From Planctomycetota bacterium (lineage in GTDB: Bacteria; Planctomycetota; SZUA-567; H5-PLA8): DNA of 64,000 bases. The notes beneath the pieces are model-generated. The model made no database searches, was not told the DNA's origin, and saw only the letters and a program-made list of their open reading frames with translations. The stretch lies in NCBI GenBank assembly GCA_045863855.1, contig BTVV01000006.1, forward strand, positions 53,321-117,320, read 5' to 3'. Below, one piece after another: positions 1-9,743 of the stretch (its first letter is position 1; each line of letters opens with the position of its first letter). Made by a program: the position numbers and the translations under genes.

Positions 1-993
1 GTCGTCGGGCAGCACGTCGCGCCCGTCGATCTCCACCCGCCCGTGCACCGGGCCTGCTTTGGGGAATAGCGCGGTGAGTTCGATGTCGCGCGCATCCCGC
101 GGACCCAGCCCCACAGTCCGCTGCGCGAGAATCTTGTCGCCGCTCAACAGCCGCACTGCCAACGCCGAGGCTTCTCCGTCGCCGTGGTTGCTGAGGCGCA
201 CGGCGAACCGGACCGGCCGGCCCTCCAACCATACGTCGCTCTTGGCCCGTACTTCGTCGAGGCTCAAGTTGTTCAGTTTGCCTGGGACTTTGCCGTCCGC
301 GTGCGGCGGCCGGATCTCGATCTGGACCGGACGCGGCATGGTGACCGCGCGCTGGCCGGTTTCGGCCAGCGCCGTACGGTCCATCTGATTGAGCTGCAAG
401 TCGCTGATCAGAAGCACCCGCCGCCGCGGCGCGGCGCTGTCGGCGAGCAAATCGAGCGCCGTCTGCAGCGCTTGAGCCGGATCGCCGCGCACGAAACCGG
501 GACGCGTGCGTTTGGCCAGCGCTTCCTTGGTGGCCTCGAAATTTCGCGCCAGTTCCACCTCCGGCCGTCCCGGATCGCCCGTCAGTACAAGCCCCAAGCG
601 TTCCAGGTTCTTCGCGGATGCCGCGACCAGCGCCTGATCGACCGCCATCTGCCAGCGCGTGGTCGAACCGTCCTGCGCGGCCATGCTGGGCGAGTCGTCC
701 AGCACCAGCACCAAGTCCTCGCGCAATTCGCCTGAAGGACCGGCCAGCACGGCGCCCGCCCGGTACGGCCTCGCAAAGGCCAGTGCGATCAGGATGCAGG
801 CCGCGCAGCGCAACAGCAGCAGCAGCAAATCGCGCAGCCGCAAGCGGCGCGTCTCGCGCAGGACCGATTCGCGCAAGAAGCGCAGCGACGAGAAGACCAG
901 CGTGCGCTTGCGAAGCTTGAAGATGAGGTGAATCACCACCGGGAGGGCGAAGGTGGCGGTGCCGGCTAGGAAGAGCGCGTTCAAGAAGCCCAT
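1..993 (-). CDS. BatA N-terminal double-TM / vWA domain protein (3' end beyond window)
   Basis: Hand translation from ATG 993 (absent from ORF track): MGFLNALFLAGTATFALPVVIHLIFKLRKRTLVFSSLRFL...LLLLLLRCAACILIALAFARP, then vWA MIDAS-like LVLDDSPSM. Confidence 0.85.
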   Translation of the reverse strand, partial: MGFLNALFLAGTATFALPVVIHLIFKLRKRTLVFSSLRFLRESVLRETRRLRLRDLLLLLLRCAACILIALAFARPYRAGAVLAGPSGELREDLVLVLDDSPSMAAQDGSTTRWQMAVDQALVAASAKNLERLGLVLTGDPGRPEVELARNFEATKEALAKRTRPGFVRGDPAQALQTALDLLADSAAPRRRVLLISDLQLNQMDRTALAETGQRAVTMPRPVQIEIRPPHADGKVPGKLNNLSLDEVRAKSDVWLEGRPVRFAVRLSNHGDGEASALAVRLLSGDKILAQRTVGLGPRDARDIELTALFPKAGPVHGRVEIDGRDVLPDD

Positions 994-1096
994 GCGAGCT
1001 TTAGTCTAGCGGAGCCCGCGCGGGGCGAAAGGCCAAGCCAGGGAAGAAGCAGACCTGGGTATACTTCCAGGAACGGGGGATGCAGGCTGGCTTACG

Positions 1097-1522
1097 CTAC
1101 GCGTCGCGGTCTTCGAGCGGCATCGCCTGCGGCTCGATGTTGCCGATATCGCGCCCTTCGGCGGCGGCCTTCTTCTTCTCGTTCCAGCGCTTGACCCAGT
1201 TCTCCCAGCTCCGCCCGGCCGCCGGATCGACGCCTGTGAAGGCGACGCCCGCGATCTGCTTGTAGGGAATGGTCTGCTGATCGTCCTGGCCGCGCGGAAT
1301 GAACTCGATATAGGGCTCCGGGGCGCCCGCTTCCCGATTGAACACAAATCCCACGCGCTCCTCGCCGCCCACGAGGATCAGCGTCACGTCGCCGCGGTAG
1401 TCGAAGGCTTCTTCGAGCACCAGGCGCTTATCGGCCTCGGTCTCGATCTTCGGCGTCCACTTTTCGAGCGTCTTGCGGCTCTTGATCTCTTCGTGGATCG
1501 TGCTGTGCTTTTCCTGCGGCAT
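1097..1522 (-). CDS. Hypothetical protein, possible Sm-like beta-barrel, downstream of hpnH
   Basis: 141 aa ORF with AGGAG RBS and host-like codon usage; AFDYRGDVT...GFVFN...IPYKQIAGVAFTG..AAGRSWENW. Confidence 0.7.
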   Translation of the reverse strand: MPQEKHSTIHEEIKSRKTLEKWTPKIETEADKRLVLEEAFDYRGDVTLILVGGEERVGFVFNREAGAPEPYIEFIPRGQDDQQTIPYKQIAGVAFTGVDPAAGRSWENWVKRWNEKKKAAAEGRDIGNIEPQAMPLEDRDA

Positions 1523-1602
1523 GGCGGACTCCTTGGCGCATCAACAACAAGAAGGGGCGCTCAATGGCGCCCCGGCTCTTGTGCGTATTCTCGATTCACG
1601 GC

Positions 1603-2724
1603 TCAGTCCGCGGCGGCGGCGCTGATCGGTTCCGGCTGTTCGAGCTTGCGTGGCTTGTTGGGCCGGTTCGCCGGCACGTGCATCGGCTTCTCGTACGTCC
1701 CGACACTCTTGCCCGATAGCACGAACCATGCCGTGCGCGCAAAGCCGCGCAGGCTGCCGAAGGTGTAATCCACGCTGGTCGGTTCGTAGCCGCAGTGAAC
1801 CATGCAGTCCTTGCACTTCTCGTTTCCGCTGCGCCGCCCGTAAGCGTCCCAGTCGGTCGTCTCCATCAGCTCCTTGAAGGTCTTGGTGTAGCCTTCCTGA
1901 AGCAAATAGCAGGGCTTCTGCCAGCCGAACATGTTGTACGTCACGTTGCCCCAAGGCGTGCACTCAAGGTCGATGTAGCCCATCAGGAAGTCCAGGAAGA
2001 GCGGCGACTGGTTGAAGACCCAGGAACGCTTCTTGTTCTGGAACATCTTACGGAACATCTCGTTGCTCTTCTGGCGCTTGAGGAAATGTTCCTGGTCGGG
2101 CGCCTTCTGGTAGCTGTAGCCGGGCGAGACCATCATGCCCTCGACGCCCAGTTCCATCATCTCGTCGAAGAAGCGGCGGTACTTCTCGGGTTCGGCGCCG
2201 TCGAAGAGCGTCGTGTTCGTCGTCACGCGGAAGCCGCGCTTGATCGCCTCGCGAATCGCTTCCGTGGCCTTCGCGTAGGTGCCTTCGCGGCAGACCGCGA
2301 AGTCGTGCTCGTCGCGCGCGCCGTCCATATGAATGCTGAACGTGAGGTACTTGCTCGGCGTAAAGACGCCCTGCTCGAGCCGCTCTTTCAGCAGGATCGC
2401 GTTGGTGCAGAGGTAGATGTACTTCTTGCGCTCGACCAGCCCCTTCACGATCTCGCCGATCTGCGAATGCATCAACGGCTCGCCGCCGGGGATGCTGACC
2501 ATCGGCGTGTCGCACTCGTCGACGGCTTTGAAGCATTGCTCGGGCGAGAGTTCCTTGCGCAGAATGTGGCCGGGATACTGGATCTTCCCGCAGCCCGCGC
2601 AAGCCAGATTGCACCGGAACAACGGCTCCAGCATCAGCACCAACGGGTAGCGCTTGATGCCTTTAAGCTTCTGCTTGATGACGTAAGACGCCACCGTAGC
2701 CATCTGCGAAACAGGAACGCCCAT
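1603..2724 (-). CDS. hpnH: Adenosyl-hopene transferase, hopanoid radical SAM protein
   Basis: RYPLVLMLEPLFRCNLACAGCGKI (CxxxCxxC), SIPGGEPL, CTPWG, PCYLL, CKDCMVHCGYE. Confidence 0.93.
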   Translation of the reverse strand: MGVPVSQMATVASYVIKQKLKGIKRYPLVLMLEPLFRCNLACAGCGKIQYPGHILRKELSPEQCFKAVDECDTPMVSIPGGEPLMHSQIGEIVKGLVERKKYIYLCTNAILLKERLEQGVFTPSKYLTFSIHMDGARDEHDFAVCREGTYAKATEAIREAIKRGFRVTTNTTLFDGAEPEKYRRFFDEMMELGVEGMMVSPGYSYQKAPDQEHFLKRQKSNEMFRKMFQNKKRSWVFNQSPLFLDFLMGYIDLECTPWGNVTYNMFGWQKPCYLLQEGYTKTFKELMETTDWDAYGRRSGNEKCKDCMVHCGYEPTSVDYTFGSLRGFARTAWFVLSGKSVGTYEKPMHVPANRPNKPRKLEQPEPISAAAAD

Positions 2725-2871
2725 GGAGCGAAATCTCCCCGGACCTGCACCAGTGCGGTTTAGTGACCCAAGCTAGGTTTGTTAAGCTAACCGGACTGAG
2801 TCGGAGTTCAACCCTGTACCCCACCATTCCACGTTGTGCATCTAAAGCCTTTGAAAAAGTGAATTTAACCC

Positions 2872-2916
2872 TTGCGCCTGATGATACCCAAAGCTATCAT
2901 TTAACCATATGGTTAA
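2872..2916 (+). promoter_or_regulatory. sigma70-type promoter plus 16-bp palindromic operator over the ArsR start codon
   Basis: TTGCGC(2872)-N17-TATCAT(2895); perfect palindrome TTAACCATATGGTTAA 2901-2916 contains ATG 2909. Confidence 0.75.
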
Positions 2917-3331
2917 TAATTCAGAACTCGTTTTGGATGCAACCTTTGCGGCGCTCGCCGATCCCACCCGTCGAGCCATTTTGACTCGCTTGGCAGAAGG
3001 GGAGACGTCCGTCGGCGAACTGGCCGCGCCGTTTGAAATCAGCTTACCGGCGATCAGCAAGCACCTTCGGGTGCTCGAGCGGGCCGGACTTCTGAAGCAG
3101 GAAAAGGACGGCCGGCTGCGGCGTTGCAAGCTGGAAGCTCAGCCCCTGCGGGATGCACAGGTCTGGATCGAGCGCTACCGGATGTTCTGGGAAGGGCAGT
3201 TGGACCAACTGGCCGCTTATCTGGCCAAGCAAGCGGAAGCGCTGCCAACGCAGCAACCTCTAGCGGAGCGAACCCCCGATGGAACTGCTCAAGCCGGACC
3301 GTCAGACCCTGATTCTGCGCCGAACCATTAA
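2909..3331 (+). CDS. ArsR/SmtB family repressor (SRPBCC-associated type)
   Basis: FAALADPTRRAIL...SVGELAAPFEISLPAISKHLRVLERAGL...GR. Confidence 0.92.
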   Translation: MVNNSELVLDATFAALADPTRRAILTRLAEGETSVGELAAPFEISLPAISKHLRVLERAGLLKQEKDGRLRRCKLEAQPLRDAQVWIERYRMFWEGQLDQLAAYLAKQAEALPTQQPLAERTPDGTAQAGPSDPDSAPNH

Positions 3332-3728
3332 AGCGCCTCGCAAGCAGGTGTACGCGGCGTGGACGCAGCCCGAGCACCTGCTGCGGTGGTGGGGTGCGGG
3401 CCCTGAATACGAACCGGTAATCGCCGAACTGGAGTTGAAGCCTGGAGGCGCGTATCGCTTCGGTATGCGGCATAAAACGAAAGGCGTTCGGCATATTGCC
3501 ACGGGCATCTTTAAAGAGATCGTGCCCGACACCAAGCTCGTCTTGACCTGGACCTGGGAGGGCAAGGCTCAGATCGACACGCAGGTCACCATCGAATTCC
3601 AAGACGCGCCCGGCGGCACGTTGCTGACGCTGACCCACACCGGTTTCCCGGCCGAACCGATGCGCGACGATCACGGCCAAGGCTGGAGCGGCGCTATGGA
3701 GAACCTGGCGCGCGCTTGCGAACGCTGA
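3279..3728 (+). CDS. SRPBCC/AHA1-like ligand-binding protein
   Basis: RTIKAPRKQVYAAWTQPEHLLRWW...GGAYRF...HGQGW. Confidence 0.9.
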   Translation: MELLKPDRQTLILRRTIKAPRKQVYAAWTQPEHLLRWWGAGPEYEPVIAELELKPGGAYRFGMRHKTKGVRHIATGIFKEIVPDTKLVLTWTWEGKAQIDTQVTIEFQDAPGGTLLTLTHTGFPAEPMRDDHGQGWSGAMENLARACER

Positions 3729-3759
3729 AACTCGAACGTTACGCGAAAGGACGATACGC

Positions 3760-4263
3760 ATGAGCTTGATCGAACAGTACTTTCAGCAAACGGGCATGCT
3801 CCGAGGCTTCCAGACCAAGCTTCTGGACGGATTGGACGATGCTCAGGGCTACTGGCAGCCCAGTCCGAACATTCCACCCATCGCTTGGCACTTGGGGCAC
3901 ATGATTTACGTCGAGGCTTCGGTCTTCCTGGGCCTCGTGAAGGGCGCGGCCGATCCGGAGATCGGGAGCTACCAGAAGCATTACCGGATGGGGACTGTGC
4001 TGCCGGAACCGATCGCGGCGCTCCCCAAACTCTCCGAGGTCCGCAAACTGGGAGAAGCGTGGCGTCCGCGGGTGGCAGAGTTTCTGAAGACCCTGAATCC
4101 GCACGAACTCGAACGGCCGCTGAACGTTCCGGCCGGCATCGAGGTGCCCGCGTTTCTGAAAACAACGGGCGATTGCCTCCGCGCCTTGGCCGTTCACGAA
4201 GGACATCACAACGGCGAGATCAGCCTGTTGCGGCGTCTGCAGGGCTTGCAAGGATTCATTTGA
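3760..4263 (+). CDS. DinB family protein
   Basis: WHLGHM and HEGHHNGEI metal-binding His motifs. Confidence 0.85.
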   Translation: MSLIEQYFQQTGMLRGFQTKLLDGLDDAQGYWQPSPNIPPIAWHLGHMIYVEASVFLGLVKGAADPEIGSYQKHYRMGTVLPEPIAALPKLSEVRKLGEAWRPRVAEFLKTLNPHELERPLNVPAGIEVPAFLKTTGDCLRALAVHEGHHNGEISLLRRLQGLQGFI

Positions 4264-4300
4264 AACGCGGCGATTGCAGCATGAATTAAGGATTTCAGCC

Positions 4301-4756
4301 ATGGTGAAGCGGGCAGACTCTTCCTTGATCCTGAACCTCTCGCGGGTATTGGATGCTTCGCGCGAACGGGTCTGGTACGCGTGGACCGATCCGCTCAGGC
4401 TCAAGGAATGGTTCGCACCCAGCGCGGGGATGGGTACTTGCCTGGCCGAAGTGGACTTCCGGCCTGGCGGCGCGTGGCGCATCGGGATGGGACAGGCGCG
4501 GGATCCCATCTTGATTGCGGGCCGCTACCTCGAGATCGTTCCTCCGGAAAAGCTCGTCTTCACCTGGAACTGGCCTCCGGGCATGTTCGAATCCCTGCGC
4601 GAGACTCAGGTTACGATCTTGCTTAAGGATCTGGGCAGCGGAAAGACCGAACTGACCCTGCGCCACGAAGGCTTTAATACCGCGCAGGAGCGCGACGACC
4701 ACGCCTGGGGATGGAACGGCTGCCTGGGGCAATTGGCCGAACGGCTGGCGCGCTGA
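4301..4756 (+). CDS. SRPBCC/AHA1-like protein (second copy)
   Basis: ASRERVWYAWTDP..LKEWFAP...DFRPGG...EIVPPEKLVFTW...HAWGW; start uncertain (4274 or 4301). Confidence 0.88.
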   Translation: MVKRADSSLILNLSRVLDASRERVWYAWTDPLRLKEWFAPSAGMGTCLAEVDFRPGGAWRIGMGQARDPILIAGRYLEIVPPEKLVFTWNWPPGMFESLRETQVTILLKDLGSGKTELTLRHEGFNTAQERDDHAWGWNGCLGQLAERLAR

Positions 4757-5074
4757 TTAATTGCTGGTCAGGAAATAGGCTGCGATTGCGGCGGCCAGCA
4801 CCGTTACGGCGATGATTGCCGGGCGCAGCCATTCCATGCGCGCCTGTTCCTTAAGTTGCGGTAGCGCCACCGATTTGCGGGAAGTGGACGTTTCCGGCGA
4901 CGCGGCAGCTTTGGCGCGCTCTTTATATTTGGTATAGCAGACCTTACAGACCGGCTTTTCGAACGCCGCGCTTTGGTAGGCTTCGCCTAACAATTCGATG
5001 CGGCAACTTGCGCAGCGTGCACCCATTTCGTGCACCGGCCGCAAATCAATCATCGACGAACTATCACCTGCCAT
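4757..5074 (-). CDS. Small Zn-finger protein with C-terminal TM anchor
   Basis: CASC...CKVC pair, Lys-rich linker, hydrophobic C-terminus; GGGAG RBS before ATG 5074. Confidence 0.6.
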   Translation of the reverse strand: MAGDSSSMIDLRPVHEMGARCASCRIELLGEAYQSAAFEKPVCKVCYTKYKERAKAAASPETSTSRKSVALPQLKEQARMEWLRPAIIAVTVLAAAIAAYFLTSN

Positions 5075-5368
5075 GAAGCACGCTCCCGTTGAAACCGCCA
5101 AGGCAAAGGCGAGTCTAGCTGAGCAACCATGTGGGGCCAGCCCAATCCCTCGAAAAAAGGTCCAAGAAAACGCTCCTTTCGACTTGGTCTCTTCTTGTAT
5201 CGACTTACTCAGACTGCACTTGTGACCGGCGCAGGCGACTCGATGCGGTCCATCGCCGGGTACGACCTGTCCAATCGCGCTTGCCCCTCGGCGCGGCGCG
5301 AGTATGGTCACGCGCTTCCGGCGCAGCCCTTCGGCGCGCTAACCACCAAGTCCTCAAGGAGACGTAAC

Positions 5369-5785
5369 ATGCGCAAGCATTGGATGGCCGGCGCGCTGGT
5401 GCTGGCTCTGACGTTCGTAACGAGCCACGTTCGGGCGGCAGAAGGCGATGAGAGGCTAAAGCTGCTCGAACCCACCGTTGACAAGATGCTCAAGGCCTAC
5501 AACGACGGCGACCACAAGACCTTCAACGGGGAGTACGCCAAGATGATGGCGGCCGTGGCCACCGAGCAGATGTTCACGAACATGTTCATCAACATGTACA
5601 AGAAAGAGTACGGGAACTACGTCTCGAAGGAGTTGATCAAGAACGAGACGGTACTGACGGGCGATATGCCGCTGCTGGTCTTTCAGGCCAAGTTCGAGAA
5701 GAACGAGAAGATCAAAGTAAGCGTGAACTTCACCAAGGACGGCGACGCCCTGAAGGTGATGCAGATGCGCTTCGACAAGATGTAA
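5369..5785 (+). CDS. Exported protein, DUF3887-like
   Basis: AAGGAG RBS; signal peptide MRKHWMAGALVLALTFVTSHVRA; YGNYVS...FQAKFEK pattern. Confidence 0.7.
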   Translation: MRKHWMAGALVLALTFVTSHVRAAEGDERLKLLEPTVDKMLKAYNDGDHKTFNGEYAKMMAAVATEQMFTNMFINMYKKEYGNYVSKELIKNETVLTGDMPLLVFQAKFEKNEKIKVSVNFTKDGDALKVMQMRFDKM

Positions 5786-6964
5786 TCAAGTACTCTTGCG
5801 GGGAGCGCGGCGTCTGGAACGCGCGGGCTCCTTCGCGGGCGGTGCTTCGGCGGCCGGCGCCTCGGCAGGGGTTCCGGCCGCTTCCTTTTGCGCTCTGCGC
5901 CGTGCGCCGCCCCGGCGCCCCCGGCGCCTGCGTGGGCGTTCGGCCGCCGCGGCGCTCGCGGCGGCAGGATCTTCTTCCGAAATCCGCTGGCGCGCTTCCA
6001 GAGCCTGCGCTTCGGCTTCCGACAGGCGCGGGCCTTCGTCGTCCGCGTCGTCGTCGAGTACGGCCTCCGTCTCCGGCTGCGGCGGCGGATCGATGCGATC
6101 GGCAACGGGAGCGGCCCGAGGTGGCGAAGCGGCGGGAGAAGCCGCGGGCGCCGAACGGCCCGAGGTGCGCGCGCCGTTCTCTAATTCGGGGCCGAAACGC
6201 GTGACGATGTAGGTCCGGTTGCTTTCGTCGCGGCGCAGTTCCACCAGCCCGCGCGCCTGCGCGTCTTCCAGTAGCTTACTGAAGGTCTTGTAGCCGTAAT
6301 AGCCCTCGTTGAACGCCGGGCGCTTGCGCTGCATGGTCTCCTTCACCATGCTCGACCAGAGCGTGTCCCGATTTTCGCGGCGCAGCGCCTCGCACGACTC
6401 GACCAGCAACTCGAAGAGTTTGCGGCGCTTCTCGTCCAGGCTCTCGGCCACCGGCTTAGGCACCACCGGCGCGATCACCGGCGCGGTCAGGTCTTCGTAG
6501 TAGATAAATTCGTCGCAGTTGTCACGGAGCAGTTCGCTGGTGCTGGCCTGCATGCCCAACCCGATCACATGCTTCCCATTCTCTTTCAGCTTGCTGACCA
6601 GCGGAGAGAAATCGCTGTCGCCGCTGACGATCACGATCGTATCGATGTGCTCTTTGCTGTAGCCCAGGTCCATGGCGTCCACGACCAGCCGGATATCCGC
6701 GCTGTTTTTGCCCGTGATGTGCCGGCGCGGAATCTCGATCAATTCCACCGCGGCTTCGTGGAGGTCGGTCGTGTAATTCTGGAAGCGCTTCCAATCGGCG
6801 TACGCGCGCTTGACTACGATATTGCCCTTCTCGACCAGCCGGCGCAAAACGCGCGCGATGTCGAAGCGCATGTTCGGGCCGCGGAAGCCCAGCGCCAGGT
6901 TTTCGAAGTCGATGAAGACGGCCAACAGGCGGCGGCGTTCGGTGGGGATTGGCTGCGCATTCAT
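5786..6964 (-). CDS. NYN (LabA/DUF88) RNase domain + OST-HTH/LOTUS domain + disordered tail
   Basis: AVFIDFENL, RAYADW, GKNSADIRLVVDAMD, IVSGDSDFSPL, CDEFIYY; FNEGYYGYKTFSKLLE. Confidence 0.9.
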   Translation of the reverse strand: MNAQPIPTERRRLLAVFIDFENLALGFRGPNMRFDIARVLRRLVEKGNIVVKRAYADWKRFQNYTTDLHEAAVELIEIPRRHITGKNSADIRLVVDAMDLGYSKEHIDTIVIVSGDSDFSPLVSKLKENGKHVIGLGMQASTSELLRDNCDEFIYYEDLTAPVIAPVVPKPVAESLDEKRRKLFELLVESCEALRRENRDTLWSSMVKETMQRKRPAFNEGYYGYKTFSKLLEDAQARGLVELRRDESNRTYIVTRFGPELENGARTSGRSAPAASPAASPPRAAPVADRIDPPPQPETEAVLDDDADDEGPRLSEAEAQALEARQRISEEDPAAASAAAAERPRRRRGRRGGARRRAQKEAAGTPAEAPAAEAPPAKEPARSRRRAPRKST

Positions 6965-7147
6965 GATTGGAAGTCCTCGGGTACGGCGAACGGGCGTTAC
7001 GCTACTCGGGTTCGGGTGTTTTCCGCAAGGCGGTCAGAGTGGGAACCGCAAATCGAGGCCCCGGAATCCCGCTATCGAGTTAATATTGCGCCGCATGGGG
7101 CCGGGTGCGAATCTGTTACCGTAATCGCTTCTTCCGGAGGGGTTTCC

Positions 7148-7663
7148 ATGATCCGCATACTGCAAGGCGACCTCACTGCGCAAGCGCTGGACGCGATCGT
7201 CAACGCCGCGAACACCGAATTAAAGCTCGGCTCCGGAGTGGCCGGGGCGATTCGCAAGCACGGCGGGCCTACGATCCAGCAGGAATGCGATGCGCACGGT
7301 CCGGTCGAACTGGGCGGCGCGGCGCTGACGGGGGCCGGCGACCTGCCCGCGAAGCATGTGATCCACGCCGCCGGAATGCATCTGGGCGGGTCGGTCACGA
7401 CTCGATCCCTGACCGATGCCACCCGCAACAGCCTCGACTTGGCCGAACGGCACCAACTCGTCAGTCTGGCCTTTCCCGCCATTGGGACCGGCGTGGGCGG
7501 CTACGCACTCGCCGATTGCGCCCGCGTCATGCTTACGCTGGCCGACGAACACCTGCGCCGCCCCGGCGTGAGCTTGAAGGAAGTGCGGTTTGTGCTTTTC
7601 GACGCGCCAGCTTGCGAGGCCTTCCGGCAAGCGGCGCGGGACCTGGGCATCGAGACGGCATAG
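7148..7663 (+). CDS. Macro domain (ADP-ribose processing) protein
   Basis: GDLT..DAIVNAAN..GSGVAGAI..HVIHAA..AFPAIGTGVGG; GGAGG RBS. Confidence 0.92.
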   Translation: MIRILQGDLTAQALDAIVNAANTELKLGSGVAGAIRKHGGPTIQQECDAHGPVELGGAALTGAGDLPAKHVIHAAGMHLGGSVTTRSLTDATRNSLDLAERHQLVSLAFPAIGTGVGGYALADCARVMLTLADEHLRRPGVSLKEVRFVLFDAPACEAFRQAARDLGIETA

Positions 7664-7807
7664 GAACCTCGAGTCGTTCACAGGAATTCAGGCGGCGGCG
7701 TCGCGCCTGCTTTCTGACCTCTCGCATTTCGGCGCTCCATTAGAATCCGAAGCCATGAACCACCCGCCGCGACGCTGCGTTGATTGGGGTACAGGAGCGG
7801 GCCGGCG

Positions 7808-9643
7808 ATGAGCTTCGCGCACCCTTGGGCGCTTGTCTTGTTTCCCGCAGGCGTGGCGATCTTGCTGCTCCTACAGCTTTACCGCGAACGCCGCCGCGAA
7901 CTCTACGCGGGCAGCTTGCTGCTCTGGAAACGCGTAGCCGTTCAAGTCAGCGCTCCGCCGCGTACGCTGAACCTTCTCGATCCTCCTTTTCTGCTCCAGG
8001 CCGCCGCACTGTTGGGTATCGCCTTTGCGCTGGCCGGTCCGGCGTGGCGTGGTCAGACGGCTCCAGGCCGGTTCGTGGCGATCTTGTTGGATAACGGTCC
8101 CTCGGCGCGGGCTATGCTTCCTGGCGGCCGGCGCGGTTGGGAACTCGTGGAAGCTTCGGCGCACGAAGCGCTTGATGCGCTGCAATCCGATGATCGCGTG
8201 GCGCTGCTGGTGGCCGCGCCCGTACCGCGCCCGCTTACGCCGAGCGCCGGCGTCTCGCCGGACGAAGCGCGCTCCGTCCTCAAGCAGGTGCTGCCCGCGC
8301 TCACTGGTCCATCGGCGGGCGAAGCGGCTCGTGCGCTCTTGGATGCCGCACGCGCGCTGGGGCCAAACGATGCGCCTCCGGTGGCCTTGGCTTTTTCGAT
8401 GCGCGAGGCTCCGGCGGATGCCGGCACAGCCGTGCATTGGACGACGCTCGGTCCAGGCGGGAGGCTCAATAACGCGGCGCTGGTGGCCCTGGGCAGCGAA
8501 CAAGTCCCCCAGCCGGCGGCGGATGGGGGCGAGCGGGAAACCGAAGTGCTGGTCCAGGTGCGCAACTTTTCCGCCCATGCGGCAGTCGGCAAGGTTGCTT
8601 GGAGAACGCTCGACCCGCTAGGAGCGTTGCCCGGCTCGCGCGAGGTTCGGTTGCAGGCAAGCGGTCAAGCCGGCGATGCCGTAGGCGTGGCGTTTCGGGT
8701 GCCGGGCGAATCCCTTCCCTTTCTGGAAGTCCGTTGGAAGGACGAGGCCGGTCCCGACGCACTACCCGAAGACGACCGCCTGGTGCTGGCACCTCGCCCG
8801 CAGTCCGCGCCGCGGGTGCGCTTCCATGGCAACGCGCCAGCGGTGGAACTCCTTTTTCGAGCAGGCGCGCAAGCGGACCTGGCTGCACTCACCGATCCGA
8901 GCCCCGTCGACCTGGAGGTTTACGTCGATCAAGTGCCCGAGCAAGGCGCTCCCGACGGCGCACGAGCGCTTTTGCTGATCGCGCCGCCTGCGGCGTTCGC
9001 GTCCTTCGAGGTAGGCGGCGGAACGCTGAAGTATCCGAGCGTACGTGTGGGGGATGACGATCCGTTGACGCGTGGATTTGCGGCCGGTGGCGGTGGCTTG
9101 GCCTTGCCAGTCGCCGCCGCTCGCGAATTGGAAGCCGTCGCGAATTTGAAGATATTGCTACAGGATGCCACAGGCCGCCCTCTGGCGGCACGTTTCCGGT
9201 TGCCAGGGAACCGTCCCGGTTTCGTGCTCGCCTGGGCGCCGGGTGACGAACTGCAGAAGCAGAGCACGCATCAAGCGGCCGCGACGCTCTTGCTGCGCAT
9301 GCTCCGCGAAGCGCACGGGAATCAAGAGCCGTACGCGGCGGCACGCGCGGCGGAGTTGGAACGCGCCGCTGCCGCGCCGCTTCCGTTGGAGGAGCCGGCC
9401 GGGTTAAGCCTCACGGCCGGATTCGGGGTGCTCGATATCGAAACCTCCGATCTCGCGCTGGGTGCGCCTCAAGCCGCCGCGCTCGACTGGGCAGCATTGC
9501 TTCCCGTCGCAACGCCGCGCGATTTGCCGCTATGGCCGTTGGGGGTGCTCCTCGCGCTATTGGCCTGGGTGGTGGAGTTAAGCTTGGGCCGGAGCCGCAC
9601 GCGGGCAGGCGTGGCGATTGGGGCCGTGCCGGCAAATACCTAG
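7808..9643 (+). CDS. BatA/vWA-like membrane-anchored protein
   Basis: MSFAHPWAL...SLLLW...ALAGP N-terminus, degenerate MIDAS ILLDNGPS, C-terminal TM. Confidence 0.75.
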   Translation: MSFAHPWALVLFPAGVAILLLLQLYRERRRELYAGSLLLWKRVAVQVSAPPRTLNLLDPPFLLQAAALLGIAFALAGPAWRGQTAPGRFVAILLDNGPSARAMLPGGRRGWELVEASAHEALDALQSDDRVALLVAAPVPRPLTPSAGVSPDEARSVLKQVLPALTGPSAGEAARALLDAARALGPNDAPPVALAFSMREAPADAGTAVHWTTLGPGGRLNNAALVALGSEQVPQPAADGGERETEVLVQVRNFSAHAAVGKVAWRTLDPLGALPGSREVRLQASGQAGDAVGVAFRVPGESLPFLEVRWKDEAGPDALPEDDRLVLAPRPQSAPRVRFHGNAPAVELLFRAGAQADLAALTDPSPVDLEVYVDQVPEQGAPDGARALLLIAPPAAFASFEVGGGTLKYPSVRVGDDDPLTRGFAAGGGGLALPVAAARELEAVANLKILLQDATGRPLAARFRLPGNRPGFVLAWAPGDELQKQSTHQAAATLLLRMLREAHGNQEPYAAARAAELERAAAAPLPLEEPAGLSLTAGFGVLDIETSDLALGAPQAAALDWAALLPVATPRDLPLWPLGVLLALLAWVVELSLGRSRTRAGVAIGAVPANT

Positions 9644-9743
9644 CACCATTCGGCGCACGTTCACGACGGTCTTCAAAATCGAGAATAGGGGCGCCCGCCG
9701 TATGGCGATTGCCACCGCGCCCCGCTCTCGGTATAGAAACGTC

